DNA from: Eledone cirrhosa
Lineage: Eukaryota
Reading direction: 5' to 3'
Assembly (NCBI GenBank): GCA_964016885.1
Contig: OZ024752.1
Coordinates: forward strand, 29,264,001 to 29,328,000
DNA: 64,000 nt
The translations under genes were made by a program, and so were the position numbers. A model generated the notes under the pieces. It had not been told where the DNA came from, ran no database searches, and saw nothing but the letters and a program-made list of their open reading frames with translations. Below, one piece after another: positions 39,201 to 54,200 of this stretch; within the stretch, counting starts at the first letter, position 1, and every line of letters begins with the position of its first letter.

Positions 39201-42200
39201 TAGAGTTTATCATGTCACCAGCAGTAGAGAGGTAGAGTTTATCATGTCACCAGCAGTAGAGAGGTAGAGTTTATCATGTCACCAGCACTAGAGAGGTAGA
39301 GTTTATCATGACACCAGCACTACAATAGGTAGAGTTTAACATGTCACCAGCAGTAGAGAGGTAGAGTCTATCATGTCACCAGCAGTAGAGAGATAGAGTT
39401 TATCATGTCACCAGTATTACAGTAGGTAGAGTTTATCATGACACCAGCACTACAGTAGGTAGAGTTTATCATGTCACCAGTACTAGAGAGGTAGAGTTTA
39501 TCATGTCACCAGCACTAGAGAGGTAGAGTTTATCATGTCACCAGCAGTACAGTAGGTAGAGTTTATCATGACACCAGCACTAGAGAGGTAGAGTTTATCA
39601 TGACACCAGCACTACAGTAGGTAGAGTTTATCATGTCACCAGCACTAGAGAGGTAGAGTTTATCATGACACCAGCACTACAGTAGGTAGAGTTTAGCATG
39701 ACACCAGCACTAGAGAGGTAGAGTGTATAATGTCACCAGCACTAGAGAGGTAGAGTTTATAATGACACCAGCACTAGGAAGGTAGAATTTATCATGTCAC
39801 CAGCATTACAGTAGGTAGAGTTTATCATGACACCAGCACTAGAAAGGTAGAATTTATCATGTCACCAGCACTACAGTAGGTAGATTTTATCATGACACCA
39901 GCACTACAGTAGGTATAGTTTATCATGTCACGAGCACTAGAGAGGTAGAGTTTATCATGTCAACAGCACTAGAGAGGTAGAGCTTATCATGACACCATCA
40001 CTAGAGAGGTAGAGTGTATAATGTCACCAGCACTACAGTAGGTAGTTTATCATGTCACCAACACTAGAGAGGTAGAGTTTATCATGCCACCAGCACTAAC
40101 GAGGTAGAATTTATCATGACACCAGCACTAGAGAGGTAGAGTTTATCATGACACCAGCACTACAGTAGGTAGTGTTTATCATGTCACCAGCACTACAGTA
40201 GGTAGTTTATCATGTCACCAGTACTAGAGAGGTTCAGTTTATCATGAAACCAGCACTACAGTAGGTAGTGTTTATCATGACACCAGCACTAGAGAGGTAG
40301 AGTTTATCATGTCACCAGCACTAGAGAGGTAGAGTTTATCATGTCACCAGCAGTAGAGAGGTAGAGTTTATCATGTCACCAGCAGTAGAGAGGTAGAGTT
40401 TATCATGTCACCAGCACTAGAGAGGTAGAGTTTATCATGACACCAGCACTACAGTAGGTAGAGTTTATCATGTCACCAGCACTAGAGAGGTAGATTTTAT
40501 CATGACACCAGCACTACAATAGGTAGAGTTTAACATGTCACCAGCAGTAGAGAGGTAGAGTCTATCATGTCACCAGCAGTAGAGAGATAGAGTTTATCAT
40601 GTCACCAGTATTACAGTAGGTAGAGTTTATCATGACACCAGCACTACAGTAGGTAGAGTTTATCATGTCACCAGCAGTACAGTAGGTAGAGTTTATCATG
40701 TCACCAGCAGTACAGTAGGTAGAGTTTATCATGACACCAGCACTAGAGAGGTAGAGTTTATCATGACACCAGCACTACAGTAGGTAGAGTTTATCATGTC
40801 ACCAGCACTAGAGAGGTAGATTTTATCATGACACCAGCACTACAGTAGGTAGAGTTTAGCATGACACCAGCACTAGAGAGGTAGAGTTTATCATGTCACC
40901 AGCAGTACAGTAGGTAGAGTTTATCATGACACAAGCACTAGAGAGGTAGAGTTTATCATGTCACCAGCAGTACAGTAGGTAGAGTTTATCATGCCACCAG
41001 CACTAACGAGGTAGAATTTATCATGACACCAGCACTAGAGAGGTAGAGTTTATCATGACACCAGCACTACAGTAGGTAGAGTTTATCATGTAACAAGCAC
41101 TACAGTAGGTAGTGTTTATCATGTCACCAGTACTAGAGAGGTAGAGTTTATCCTGTCACCAGCACTATAGTAGGTAGAGTTTATCATGACACCAGCACTA
41201 GAGAGGTAGAGTTTATCATGACACCAGCACTAGAGAGGTAGTGTTTATCATGTCACCAGTACTACAGTAGGTAGTGTTTATCATGTCACCAGTACTACAG
41301 TAGGTAGAGTTTCTCATGTCACCAGCACTACAGTAGGTAGTGTTTATCATGTCACCAGCACTACAGTAGGTAGAGTTTATCATGTCACCAGCACTACAGT
41401 AGGTAGAGTTTATCATGTCACCAGCACTACAGTAGGTAGAGTTTATCATGTCACCAGCACTACAGTAGGTAGGGTTTATCATGTCACCAGCACTAGAGAG
41501 GTAGAGTGTATAATGTCACCAGCACTAGAGAGGTAGAGTTTATAATGACACCAGCACTACAGTAGGTAGGGTTTATCATGTCACCAGCACTACAGTAGGT
41601 AGAGTTTATCATGTCACCAGCACTACAGTAGGTAGAGTTTATCATGTCACCAGCACTAGAGAGGTAGAGTTTATCATGACACCAGCACTAGAGAGGTAGA
41701 GTTTATCATGTCACCAGCACTAGAGAGGTAGAGTTTATCATGTCACCAGCACTACAGTAGGTAGTGTTTATCATGTCACCAGTACTACAGTAGGTAGAGT
41801 TTATCATGTCACCAGCACTAGAGAGGTAGAGTTTATAATGACACCAGCACTAGAGAGGTAGAGATTATCATGACACCAGCACTAGAGAGGTAGAGTGTAT
41901 AATGTCACCAGCACTAGAGAGGTAGAGTGTATAATGTCACCAGCACTAGAGAGGTAGAGATTATCATGACACCAGCACTAGAGAGGTAGAGCTTATCATG
42001 TCACCAGCACTACAGTAGGTAGTGTTTATCATGACACCAGCACTAGAGAGGTAGAGCTTATCATGTCACCAGCACTAGAGAGGTAGAGTTTATCATGACA
42101 CCAGTACTACAGTAGGTAGAGTTTATCATGTCACCGGCACAACAGTATAGTGTTTATCATGTCACCAGCACTAGAGAGGTAGAGTTTATCATGACACCAG

Positions 42201-45200
42201 CACTACAGTAGGTAGAGTTTATCATGTCACCAGCACTAGAGAGGTAGAGTTGATCATGTCACCAGCACTAGAGAGGTAGAGTTTATCATGTCACCAGCAG
42301 TAGAGAGGTAGAGTTTATCATGTCACCAGCAGTACAGTAGGTAGTTTATAATGTCACCAGCACTACAGTAGGTAGTTTATCATGTCACCAGCACTAGAGA
42401 GGTAGAGTTTATCATGACACCAGCACTACAGTAGATAGAGTTTATCATGTAACAAGCACTATAGTAGGTAGAGTTTATCATGACACCAGCACTACAGTAG
42501 GTAGTGTTTATCATGACACCAGCACTAGAGCGGTAGAGTTTATCATGTCACCAGCACTAGAGAGGTAGAGTTTATCATGTCACCAGCACTACAGTAGGTA
42601 GAGTTTATCATGTCACCAGCACTACAGTAGGTAGAGTTTATCATGTCACCAGCACTAGAGAGGTAGAGTTTATCATGACACCAGCACTAGAGAGGTAGAG
42701 TTTATCATGACACCAGCACTAGAAAGGTAGAATTTATCATGTCACCAGCATTACAGTAGGTAGAGTTTATCATGACACCAGCACTAGAAAGGTAGAATTT
42801 ATCATGTCACCAGCACTACAGTAGGTAGAGTTTATCATGACACCAGCACTACAGTAGGTATAGTTTATCATGTCACGAGCACTAGAGAGGTAGAGCTTAT
42901 CATGACACCAGCACTAGAGAGGTAGAGTGTATAATGTCACCAGCACTACAGTAGGTAGTTTATCATGTCACCAACACTAGAGAGGTAGATTTTATCATGC
43001 CACCAGCACTAACGAGGTAGAATTTATCATGACACCAGCACTAGAGAGGTAGAGTTTATCATGACACCAGCACTACAGTAGGTAGTGTTTATCATGTCAC
43101 CAGCACTACAGTAGGTATTTTATCATGTCACCAGCACTAGAGAGGTTCAGTTTATCATGAAACCAGCACTACAGTAGGTAGTGTTTATCATGACACCAGC
43201 ACTAGAGAGGTAGAGTTTATCATGTCACCAGCACTAGAGAGGTAGAGTTTATCATGTCACCAGCAGTAGAGAGGTAGAGTTTATCATGTCACCAGCAGTA
43301 GAGAGGTAGAGTTTATCATGTCACCAGCACTAGAGAGGTAGAGTTTATCATGACACCAGCACTACAATAGGTAGAGTTTAACATGTCACCAGCAGTAGAG
43401 AGGTAGAGTTTATCATGTCACCAGCAGTAGAGAGATAGAGTTTATCATGTCACCAGTATTACAGTAGGTAGAGTTTATCATGACACCAGCACTACAGTAG
43501 GTAGAGTTTATCATGTCACCAGCACTAGAGAGGTAGAGTTTATCATGACACCAGCACTACAGTAGGTAGAGTTTATCATATCACCAGCAGTACAGTAGGT
43601 AGAGTTTATCATGTCACCAGCAGTACAGTAGGTAGAGTTTATCATGACACCAGCACTAAAGAGGTAGAGTTTATCATGACACCAGCACTACAGTAGGTAG
43701 AGTTTATCATGTCACCAGCACTAGAGAGGTAGAGTTTATCATGACACCAGCACTACAGTAGGTAGAGTTTAGCATGACACCAGCACTAGAGAGGTAGAGT
43801 TTATCATGTCACCAGCAGTACAGTAGGTAGAGTTTATCATGACACAAGCACTAGAGAGGTAGAGTTTATCATGTCACCAGCAGTACAGTAGGTAGAGTTT
43901 ATCATGACACAAGCACTAGAGAGGTAGAGTTTATCATGTCACCAGCAGTACAGTAGGTAGAGTTTATCATGTCACAAGCACTAGAGAGGTAGAGTTTATC
44001 ATGTCACCAGCAGTACAGTAGGTAGAGTTTATCATGACACAATCACTAGAGAGGTAGAGTTTATCATGTCACCAGCAGTACAGTAGGTAGTTTATAATGT
44101 CACCAGCACTACAGTAGGTAGTTTATCATGTCACCAGCACTAGATAGGTAGAGTGTATAATGTCACCAGCACTAGAGAGGTAGAGTGTATAATGTCAGCA
44201 GCACTAGATAGGTAGAGTTTATCATGCCACCAGCACTAGAGGGGTAGAGTTTATCATGTCACCAGCACTAGAGAGGTAGAGTTTATCATGACACCAGCAC
44301 TACAGTAGGTACAGTTTATCATGTCACCAGCACTACAGTAGGTAGAGTTTATCATGACACCAGCACTACAGTAGGTAGTGTTTATCATGACAACAGCACT
44401 AGAGAGGTAGTGTTTATCATGACACCAGCACTACAGTAGGTAGAGTTTATCATGTCACCAGCACTAGAGAGGTAGAGTTTATCATGCCACCAGCACTACA
44501 GTAGGTACAGTTTATCATGTCACCAGCACTAGAGAGGTAGTGTTTATCATGACACCAGCACTACAGTAGGTAGTGTTTATCATGACACCAGCACAAGAGA
44601 GGTAGTGTTTATCATGACACCAGCACTACAGTAGGTAGAGTTTATCATGTCACCAGCAGTACAGTAGGTAGTTTATAATGTCACCAGCACTAGAGAGGTA
44701 GAGTTTATCATGACAGCAGCACTAGAGAGGTAGAGTTTATCATGACACCAGTACTACAGTATAGTGTTTATCATGTCACCAGCACTAGAGAGGTAGTGTG
44801 TATCATGACACCAGCACTAGAGTAGATAGTTTATCATGACACCAGCACTAGAGAGGTAGACCTTATCATGTCACCAGCACTACAGTAGGTAGTGTTTATC
44901 ATGACACCAGCACTAGAGAGGTAGAGTTTATCATGTCACCAGCACTAGAGAGGTAGAGTTTATCATGACACCAGCACTACAGTAGGTAGAGTTTATCATG
45001 TCACCAGCAGTACAGTAGGTAGTTTATAATGTCACCAGCACTACAGTAGGTAGTTTATCATGTCACCAGCACTAGAGAGGTAGAGTTTATCATGATACCA
45101 GCACTACAGTAGGTAGTGTTTATCATGTCAACAGCACTACAGTAGGTAGTTTATCATGTGACCAGCACTACAGTAGGTAGAGTTTATCATGACACCAGCA

Positions 45201-48200
45201 CTAGAGAGGTAGAGTTTATCATGTCACCAGCAGTAGAGAGGTAGAGTTTATCATGTCACCAGCAGTAGAGAGGTAGAGTTTATCATGTCACCAGCACTAG
45301 AGAGGTAGAGTTTATCATGTCACCAGCACTACAGTAGGTAGAGTTTATCATGTCACCAGCACTACAGTAGGTAGAGTTTATCATGTCACCAGCACTAGAG
45401 AGGTAGAGTTTATCATGACACCAGCACTAGAGAGGTAGAGTTTATCATGACACCAGCACTAGAAAGGTAGAATTTATCATGTCACCAGCATTACAGTAGG
45501 TAGAGTTTATCATGACACCAGCACTAGAAAGGTAGAATTTATCATGTCACCAGCACTACAGTAGGTAGAGTTTATCATGACACCAGCACTACAGTAGGTA
45601 TAGTTTATCATGTCACGAGCACTAGAGAGGTAGAGTTTATCATGTCAACAGCACTAGAGAGGTAGAGCTTATCATGACACCAGCACTAGAGAGGTAGAGT
45701 GTATAATGTCACCAGCACTACAGTAGGTAGTTTATCATGTCACCAACACTAGAGAGGTAGAGTTTATCATGCCACCAGCACTAACGAGGTAGAATTTATC
45801 ATGACACCAGCACTAGAGAGGTAGAGTTTATCATGACACCAGCACTACAGTAGGTAGTGTTTATCATGTCACCAGCACTACAGTAGGTAGTTTATCATGT
45901 CACCAGCACTAGAGAGGTTCAGTTTATCATGAAACCAGCACTACAGTAGGTAGTGTTTATCATGACACCAGCACTAGAGAGGTAGAGTTTATCATGTCAC
46001 CAGCACTAGAGAGGTAGAGTTTATCATGTCACCAGCAGTAGAGAGGTAGAGTTTATCATGTCACCAGCAGTAGAGAGGTAGAGTTTATCATGTCACCAGC
46101 ACTAGAGAGGTAGAGTTTATCATGACACCAGCACTACAATAGGTAGAGTTTAACATGTCACCAGCAGTAGAGAGGTAGAGTCTATCATGTCACCAGCAGT
46201 AGAGAGATAGAGTTTATCATGTCACCAGTATTACAGTAGGTAGAGTTTATCATGACACCAGCACTACAGTAGGTAGAGTTTATCATGTCACCAGCACTAG
46301 AGAGGTAGAGTTTATCATGACACCAGCACTACAGTAGGTAGAGTTTATCATGTCACCAGCAGTACAGTAGGTAGAGTTTATCATGTCACCAGCAGTACAG
46401 TAGGTAGAGTTTATCATGACACCAGCACTAGAGAGGTAGAGTTTATCATGACACCAGCACTACAGTAGGTAGAGTTTATCATGTCACCAGCACTAGAGAG
46501 GTAGAGTTTATCATGACACCAGCACTACAGTAGGTAGAGTTTAGCATGACACCAGCACTAGAGAGGTAGAGTGTATAATGTCACCAGCACTAGAGAGGTA
46601 GAGTTTATAATGACACCAGCACTAGGAAGGTAGAATTTATCATGTCACCAGCATTACAGTAGGTAGAGTTTATCATGACACCAGCACTAGAAAGGTAGAA
46701 TTTATCATGTCACCAGCACTACAGTAGGTAGATTTTATCATGACACCAGCACTACAGTAGGTATAGTTTATCATGTCACGAGCACTAGAGAGGTAGAGTT
46801 TATCATGTCAACAGCACTAGAGAGGTAGAGCTTATCATGACACCATCACTAGAGAGGTAGAGTGTATAATGTCACCAGCACTACAGTAGGTAGTTTATCA
46901 TGTCACCAACACTAGAGAGGTAGAGTTTATCATGCCACCAGCACTAACGAGGTAGAATTTATCATGACACCAGCACTAGAGAGGTAGAGTTTATCATGAC
47001 ACCAGCACTACAGTAGGTAGTGTTTATCATGTCACCAGCACTACAGTAGGTAGTTTATCATGTCACCAGCACTAGAGAGGTTCAGTTTATCATGAAACCA
47101 GCACTACAGTAGGTAGTGTTTATCATGACACCAGCACTAGAGAGGTAGAGTTTATCATGTCACCAGCACTAGAGAGGTAGAGTTTATCATGTCACCAGCA
47201 GTAGAGAGGTAGAGTTTATCATGTCACCAGCAGTAGAGAGGTAGAGTTTATCATGTCACCAGCACTAGAGAGGTAGAGTTTATCATGACACCAGCACTAC
47301 AATAGGTAGAGTTTAACATGTCACCAGCAGTAGAGAGGTAGAGTCTATCATGTCACCAGCAGTAGAGAGATAGAGTTTATCATGTCACCAGTATTACAGT
47401 AGGTAGAGTTTATCATGACACAAGCACTAGAGAGGTAGAGTTTATCATGTCACCAGCAGTACAGTAGGTAGAGTTTATCATGCCACCAGCACTAACGAGG
47501 TAGAATTTATCATGACACCAGCACTAGAGAGGTAGAGTTTATCATGACACCAGCACTACAGTAGGTAGTTTATCATGTCACCAGCACTAGAGAGGTTCAG
47601 TTTATCATGAAACCAGCACTACAGTAGGTAGTGTTTATCATGACACCAGCACTAGAGAGGTAGAGTTTATCATGTCACCAGCAGTAGAGAGGTAGAGTTT
47701 ATCATGTCACCAGCACTAGAGAGGTAGAGTTTATCATGACACCAGCACTACAATAGGTAGAGTTTAACATGTCACCAGCAGTAGAGAGGTAGAGTCTATC
47801 ATGTCACCAGCAGTAGAGAGATAGAGTTTATCATGTCACCAGTATTACAGTAGGTAGAGTTTATCATGACACCAGCACTACAGTAGGTAGAGTTTATCAT
47901 GTCACCAGCACTAGAGAGGTAGAGTTTATCATGACACCAGCACTACAGTAGGTAGAGTTTATCATGTCACCAGCAGTACAGTAGGTAGAGTTTATCATGT
48001 CACCAGCAGTACAGTAGGTAGAGTTTATCATGACACCAGCACTAGAGAGGTAGAGTTTATCATGACACCAGCACTACAGTAGGTAGAGTTTATCATGTCA
48101 CCAGCACTAGAGAGGTAGAGTTTATCATGACACCAGCACTACAGTAGGTAGAGTTTAGCATGACACCAGCACTAGAGAGGTAGAGTTTATCATGTCACCA

Positions 48201-51200
48201 GCAGTACAGTAGGTAGAGTTTATCATGACACAAGCACTAGAGAGGTAGAGTTTATCATGTCACCAGCAGTACAGTAGGTAGAGTTTATCATGACACAAGC
48301 ACTAGAGAGGTAGAGTTTATCATGTCACCAGCAGTACAGTAGGTAGAGTTTATCATGTCACAAGCACTAGAGAGGTAGAGTTTATCATGTCACCAGCAGT
48401 ACAGTAGGTAGAGTTTATCATGACACAATCACTAGAGAGGTAGAGTTTATCATGTCACCAGCACTAGATAGGTAGAGTGTATAATGTCACCAGCACTAGA
48501 GAGGTAGAGTGTATCATGCCACCAGCACTAGAGAGGTAGAGTTTATCATGTCACCAGCACTAGAGAGGTAGAGTTTATCATGACACCAGCACTACAGTAG
48601 GTACAGTTTATCATGTCACCAGCACTACAGTAGGTAGAGTTTATCATGACACCAGCACTACAGTAGGTAGTGTTTATCATGACACCAGCACAAGAGAGGT
48701 AGTGTTTATCATGACACCAGCACTACAGTAGGTAGAGTTTATCATGTCACCAGCAGTACAGTAGGTAGTTTATAATGTCACCAGCACTAGAGAGGTAGAG
48801 TTTATCATGACAGCAGCACTAGAGAGGTAGAGTTTATCATGACACCAGTACTACAGTATAGTGTTTATCATGTCACCAGCACTAGAGAGGTAGTGTGTAT
48901 CATGACACCAGCACTATAGTAGATAGTTTATCATGACACCAGCACTAGAGAGGTAGACCTTATCATGTCACCAGCACTACAGTAGGTAGTGTTTATCATG
49001 ACACCAGCACTAGAGAGGTAGAGTTTATCATGTCACCAGCACTAGAGAGGTAGAGTATATCATGACACCAGCACTACAGTAGGTAGAGTTTATCATGTCA
49101 CCGGCACAACAGTATAGTGTTTATCATGTCACCAGCACTAGAGAGGTAGAGTTTATCATGACACCAGCACTACAGTAGGTAGAGTTTATCATGTCACCAG
49201 CAGTACAGTAGGTAGTTTATAATGTCACCAGCACTACAGTAGGTAGTTTATCATGTCACCAGCACTAGAGAGGTAGAGTTTATCATGATACCAGCACTAC
49301 AGTAGGTAGTGTTTATCATGTCAACAGCACTACAGTAGGTAGTTTATCATGTGACCAGCACTACAGTAGGTAGAGTTTATCATGACACCAGCACTAGAGA
49401 GGTAGAGTTTATCATGTCACCAGCAGTAGAGAGGTAGAGTTTATCATGTCACCAGCAGTAGAGAGGTAGAGTTTATCATGTCACCAGCAGTAGAGAGGTA
49501 GATTTTATCATGTCACCAGTACTAGAGTAGGTAGTGTTTATCATGTCACCAGCACTAGAGAGGTTGAGTTTATCATGAAACCAGTACTACAGTAGGTAGA
49601 TTTTATCATGTCACCAGCACTAGAGTAGATAGTTTATCATGACACCAGCACTAGAGAGGTAGAGCTTATCATGTCACCAGCACTACAGTAGGTAGTGTTT
49701 ATCATGACAGCAGCACTAGAGAGGTAGAGTTTATTATGTCACCAGCACTAGAGAGGTAGAGTTTATCATGTCACCAGCACTAGAGAGGTAGAGTTTATCA
49801 TGTCACCAGCAGTAGAGAGGTAGAGCTTATCATGTCACCAGCACTACAGTAGGTAGAGTTTATCATGTCACCAGCACTACAGTACGTAGAGTTTATCATG
49901 TAACAAGCACTAGAGAGGTAGAGTTTATCATGTCACCAGCACTAGAGAGGTTGAGTATATCATGACACCAGTACTACAGTAGGTAGAGTTTATCATGTCA
50001 CCAGCACAACAGTATAGTGTTTATCATGTCACCAGCACTAGAGAGGTAGAGTTTATCATGACACCAGCACTAGAGAGGTAGAGTTTATCATGACACCAGT
50101 ACTACAGTAGGTAGAGTTTATCATGTCACCAGCACAACAGTATAGTGTTTATCATGTCACCAGCACTAGAGAGGTAGAGTTTATCATGACACCAGCACTA
50201 CAGTAGGTAGTGTGTATCATGACACCAGCACTAGAGAGGTAGAGTTTATCATGTCACCAGCACTAGAGAGGTAGAGTTTATCATGACACCAGCACTACAG
50301 TAGGTAGACGTTATCATGTCACCAGCAGTAGAGAGGTAGAGTTTATCATGTCAGCAGCAGTACAGTAGGTAGTTTATAATGTCACCAGCACTACAGTAGG
50401 TAGTTTATCATGTCACCAGCACTATAGAGGTAGAGTTTATCATGACACCAGCACTACAGTAGGTAGAGTTTATCATGACACCAGCACTAGAGAGGTAGAA
50501 TTTATCATGTCACCAGCACTAGAGAGGTAGAGTTTATCATGTCACCAGCAGTAGAGAGGTAGAGTTCATCATGTCACCAGCAGTAGAGAGGTAGAGTTTA
50601 TCATGTCACAAGCAGTAGAGAGGTAGAGTTTATCATGTCACCAGCACTAGAGTGGTAGAGTGTATAATGTCACCAGCACTAGAGAGGTAGAGTTTATCAT
50701 GTCACCAGCAGTAGAGAGGTAGAGTTTATCATGTCACCAGCACTACAGTAGGTAGTGTTTATCATGACACCAGCACTACAGTAGGTAGTGTTTATCATAA
50801 CACAAGCACTACAGTAGGTAGTGTTTATCATGACACCAGCACTAGAGAGGTAGAGTTTATCATGTCACCAGCACTAGAGAGGTAGAGTTTATCATGTCAC
50901 CAGCACTACAGTAGGTAGTGCTTATCATGACACCAGCACTACAGTAGGTAGAGCTTATCATGTCACCAGCACTAGAGAGGTAGAGTTTATCATGTCACCA
51001 GCACTACAGTAGGTAGTGCTTATCATGACACCAGCACTACAGTAGGTAGAGTTTATCATGTCACCAGCACTAGAGAGGTAGAGTTTATCATGTCACCAGC
51101 ACTACAGTAGGTAGAGTTTATCATGTCACCAGCACTAGAGAGGTAGAGTTTATCATGACACCAGCAGTACAGTAGGTAGAGTTTATAATGTCACCAGCAC

Positions 51201-54200
51201 TAGAGAGGTTGAGTTTATCATGTCACCAGCACTACAGTAGGTAGTGTTTATCATGTCACCAGCACTAGAGAGGTAGAGTTTATCATGTCACCAGCACTAC
51301 AGTAGGTAGAGTTTATCATGTCACCAGCACTAGAGAGGTAGAGTTTATCATGTCACCAGCACTACAGTAGGTAGAGTATATCATGACACCAGCACTACAG
51401 TAGGTAGAGTTTATCATGACACCAGCACTACAATAGGTAGAGTTTATCATGACACCAGCACTAGAGTAGGTAGAGTTTATCATGTCACCAGCACTGGAGA
51501 GGTAGAGTTTATCATGACACCAGCACTAGAGAGGTAGAGTTTATCATGACACCAGCACTACAGTAGGTAGTTTATCATGTCACCAGCACTAGAGAGGTAG
51601 AGTTTATCATGACACCAGCAGTACAGTAGGTAGAGTGTATCATGTCACCAGCACTACAGTAGGTACTTTATCATGTCACCAGCACTAGAGAGGTAGAGTT
51701 TATCATGACACCAGCAGTACAGTAGGTAGAGTTTATCATGACACCAGCACTAGGGAGGTAGAGTTTATCATGTCACCAGCACTACAGTAGGTAGAGTTTA
51801 TCATGTCACCAGCACTAGAGAGGTAGAGTTTATCATGTCACCAGCACTACAGTACGTAGAGTTTATCATTTCACCAGCACTAGAGAGGTAGAGTTTATCA
51901 TGACACCAGCAGTACAGTAGGTAGAGTTTATCATGTCACCAGCACTAGAGAGGTAGAGTTTATCATGTCACCAGCACTAGAGAGGTAGAGTTTATCATGT
52001 CACCAGCACTACAGTAGGTAGTGTTTATCATGACACCAGCACTACAGTAGGTAGTTTATCATGTCACCAGCACTAGAGAGGTAGAGCTTATCATGTCACC
52101 AGCACGAGAGAGGTAGAGTTTATCATGTCACCAGCACTACAGTAGGTAGAGTTTATCATGTCACCAGCACTAGAGAGGTAGAGTTTATCATGACACCAGC
52201 ACTACAGTACGTAGAGTTTATCATTTCACCAGCATTAGAGAGGTAGAGTTTATTATGTCACCAGCACTAGAGAGGTAGAGTTTATCATGTCACCAGCACT
52301 AGACAGGTAGAGTTTATCATGTCACCAGCACTAGAGAGGTAGAATTTATCATGTCACCTGCACTACAGTAGGTAGAGTTTATCATGTCACCAGCACTAGA
52401 GAGGTAGAGTTTATCATGTCACCAGCAGTACACTAGGTAGTTTATAATGTCACCAGCACTAGAGAGGTAGAGCTTATCATGACACCAGCACTACAGTAGG
52501 TAGTGTTTATCATGTCACCAGCACTAGAGAGGTAGAGTTTATCATGTCACCAGCAGTACAGTAGGTAGTGTTTATCATGTCACCAGCACTACAGTAGGTA
52601 GTGTTTATCATGTCACCAGCACTAGAGAGGTAGAGTTTATCATGTCACCAGCAGTACAGTAGGTAGTGTTTATCATGTCACCAGCAGTACAGTAGGTAGT
52701 GTTTATCATGTCACCAGCACAAGAGAGGTAGAGTTTATCATGTCACCAGCACTAGAGAGGTAGAGTTTATCATGTCACCAGCACTAGACAGGTAGAGTTT
52801 ATCATGTCACCAGCACTACAGTAGGTAGTGCTTATCATGACACCAGCACTACAGTAGGTAGAGTTTATCATGTCACCAGCAGTACAGTAGGTAGAGTTTA
52901 TCATGTCACCAGCACTACAGTAGGTAGTGTTTATCATGTCACCAGCACTAGAGAGGTAGAGTTTATCATGACACCAGCAGTACAGTAGGTAGAGTTTATC
53001 ATGTCACCAGCACAACAGTAGGTAGTTTATCATGTCACCAGCACTAGAGAGGTAGAGTTTATCAAGACACCAGCAGTACAGTAGGTAGAGTTTATCATGA
53101 TACCAGCACTAGAGAGGTAGAGTTTATCATGACACCAGCACTAGAGAGGTAGAGTTTATCATGTCACCAGCACTAGAGAGGTAGAGTTTATCATGAAACC
53201 AGCACTACAGTAGGTAGTGTTTATCATGACACCAGCAGTACAGTACGTAGAGTTTATCATGACACCAGCACTAGAGAGGTAGAATTTATCATGTCACCAG
53301 CACTAGAGAGGTAGAGTTTATCATGTCACCAGCAGTAGAGAGGTAGAGTTCATCATGTCACCAGCAGTAGAGAGGTAGAGTTTATCATGTCACCAGCACT
53401 AGAGTGGTAGAGTGTATAATGTCACCAGCACTAGAGAGGTAGAGTTTATCATGTCACCAGCAGTAGAGAGGTAGAGTTTATCATGTCACCAGCACTACAA
53501 TAGGTAGTGTTTATCATGACACCAGCACTACAGTAGGTAGTGTTTATCATAACACCAGCACTACAGTAGGTAGTGTTTATCATGACACCAGCACTAGAGA
53601 GGTAGAGTTTATCATGTCACCAGCACTAGAGAAGTAGAGTTTATCATGTCACCAGCACTACAGTAGGTAGTGCTTATCATGACACCAGCACTACAGTAGG
53701 TAGAGTTTATCATTTCACCAGCACTAGAGAGGTAGAGTTTATCATGTCACCAGCACTACAGTAGGTAGAGTTTATCATGTCACCAGCACTAGAGAGGTAG
53801 AGTTTATCATGACACCAGCAGTACAGTAGGTAGAGTTTATAATGTCACCAGCACTAGAGAGGTTGAGTTTATCATGTCACCAGCACTACAGTAGGTAGTG
53901 TTTATCATGTCACCAGCACTAGAGAGGTAGAGTTTATCATGTCACCAGCAGTACACTAGGTAGTTTATAATGTCACCAGCACTAGAGAGGTAGAGCTTAT
54001 CATGACACCAGCACTACAGTAGGTAGTGTTTATCATGTCACCAGCACTAGAGAGGTAGAGTTTATCATGTCACCAGCAGTACAGTAGGTAGTGTTTATCA
54101 TGTCACCAGCACTACAGTAGGTAGTGTTTATCATGTCACCAGCACTAGAGAGGTAGAGTTTATCATGTCACCAGCAGTACAGTAGGTAGTGTTTATCATG

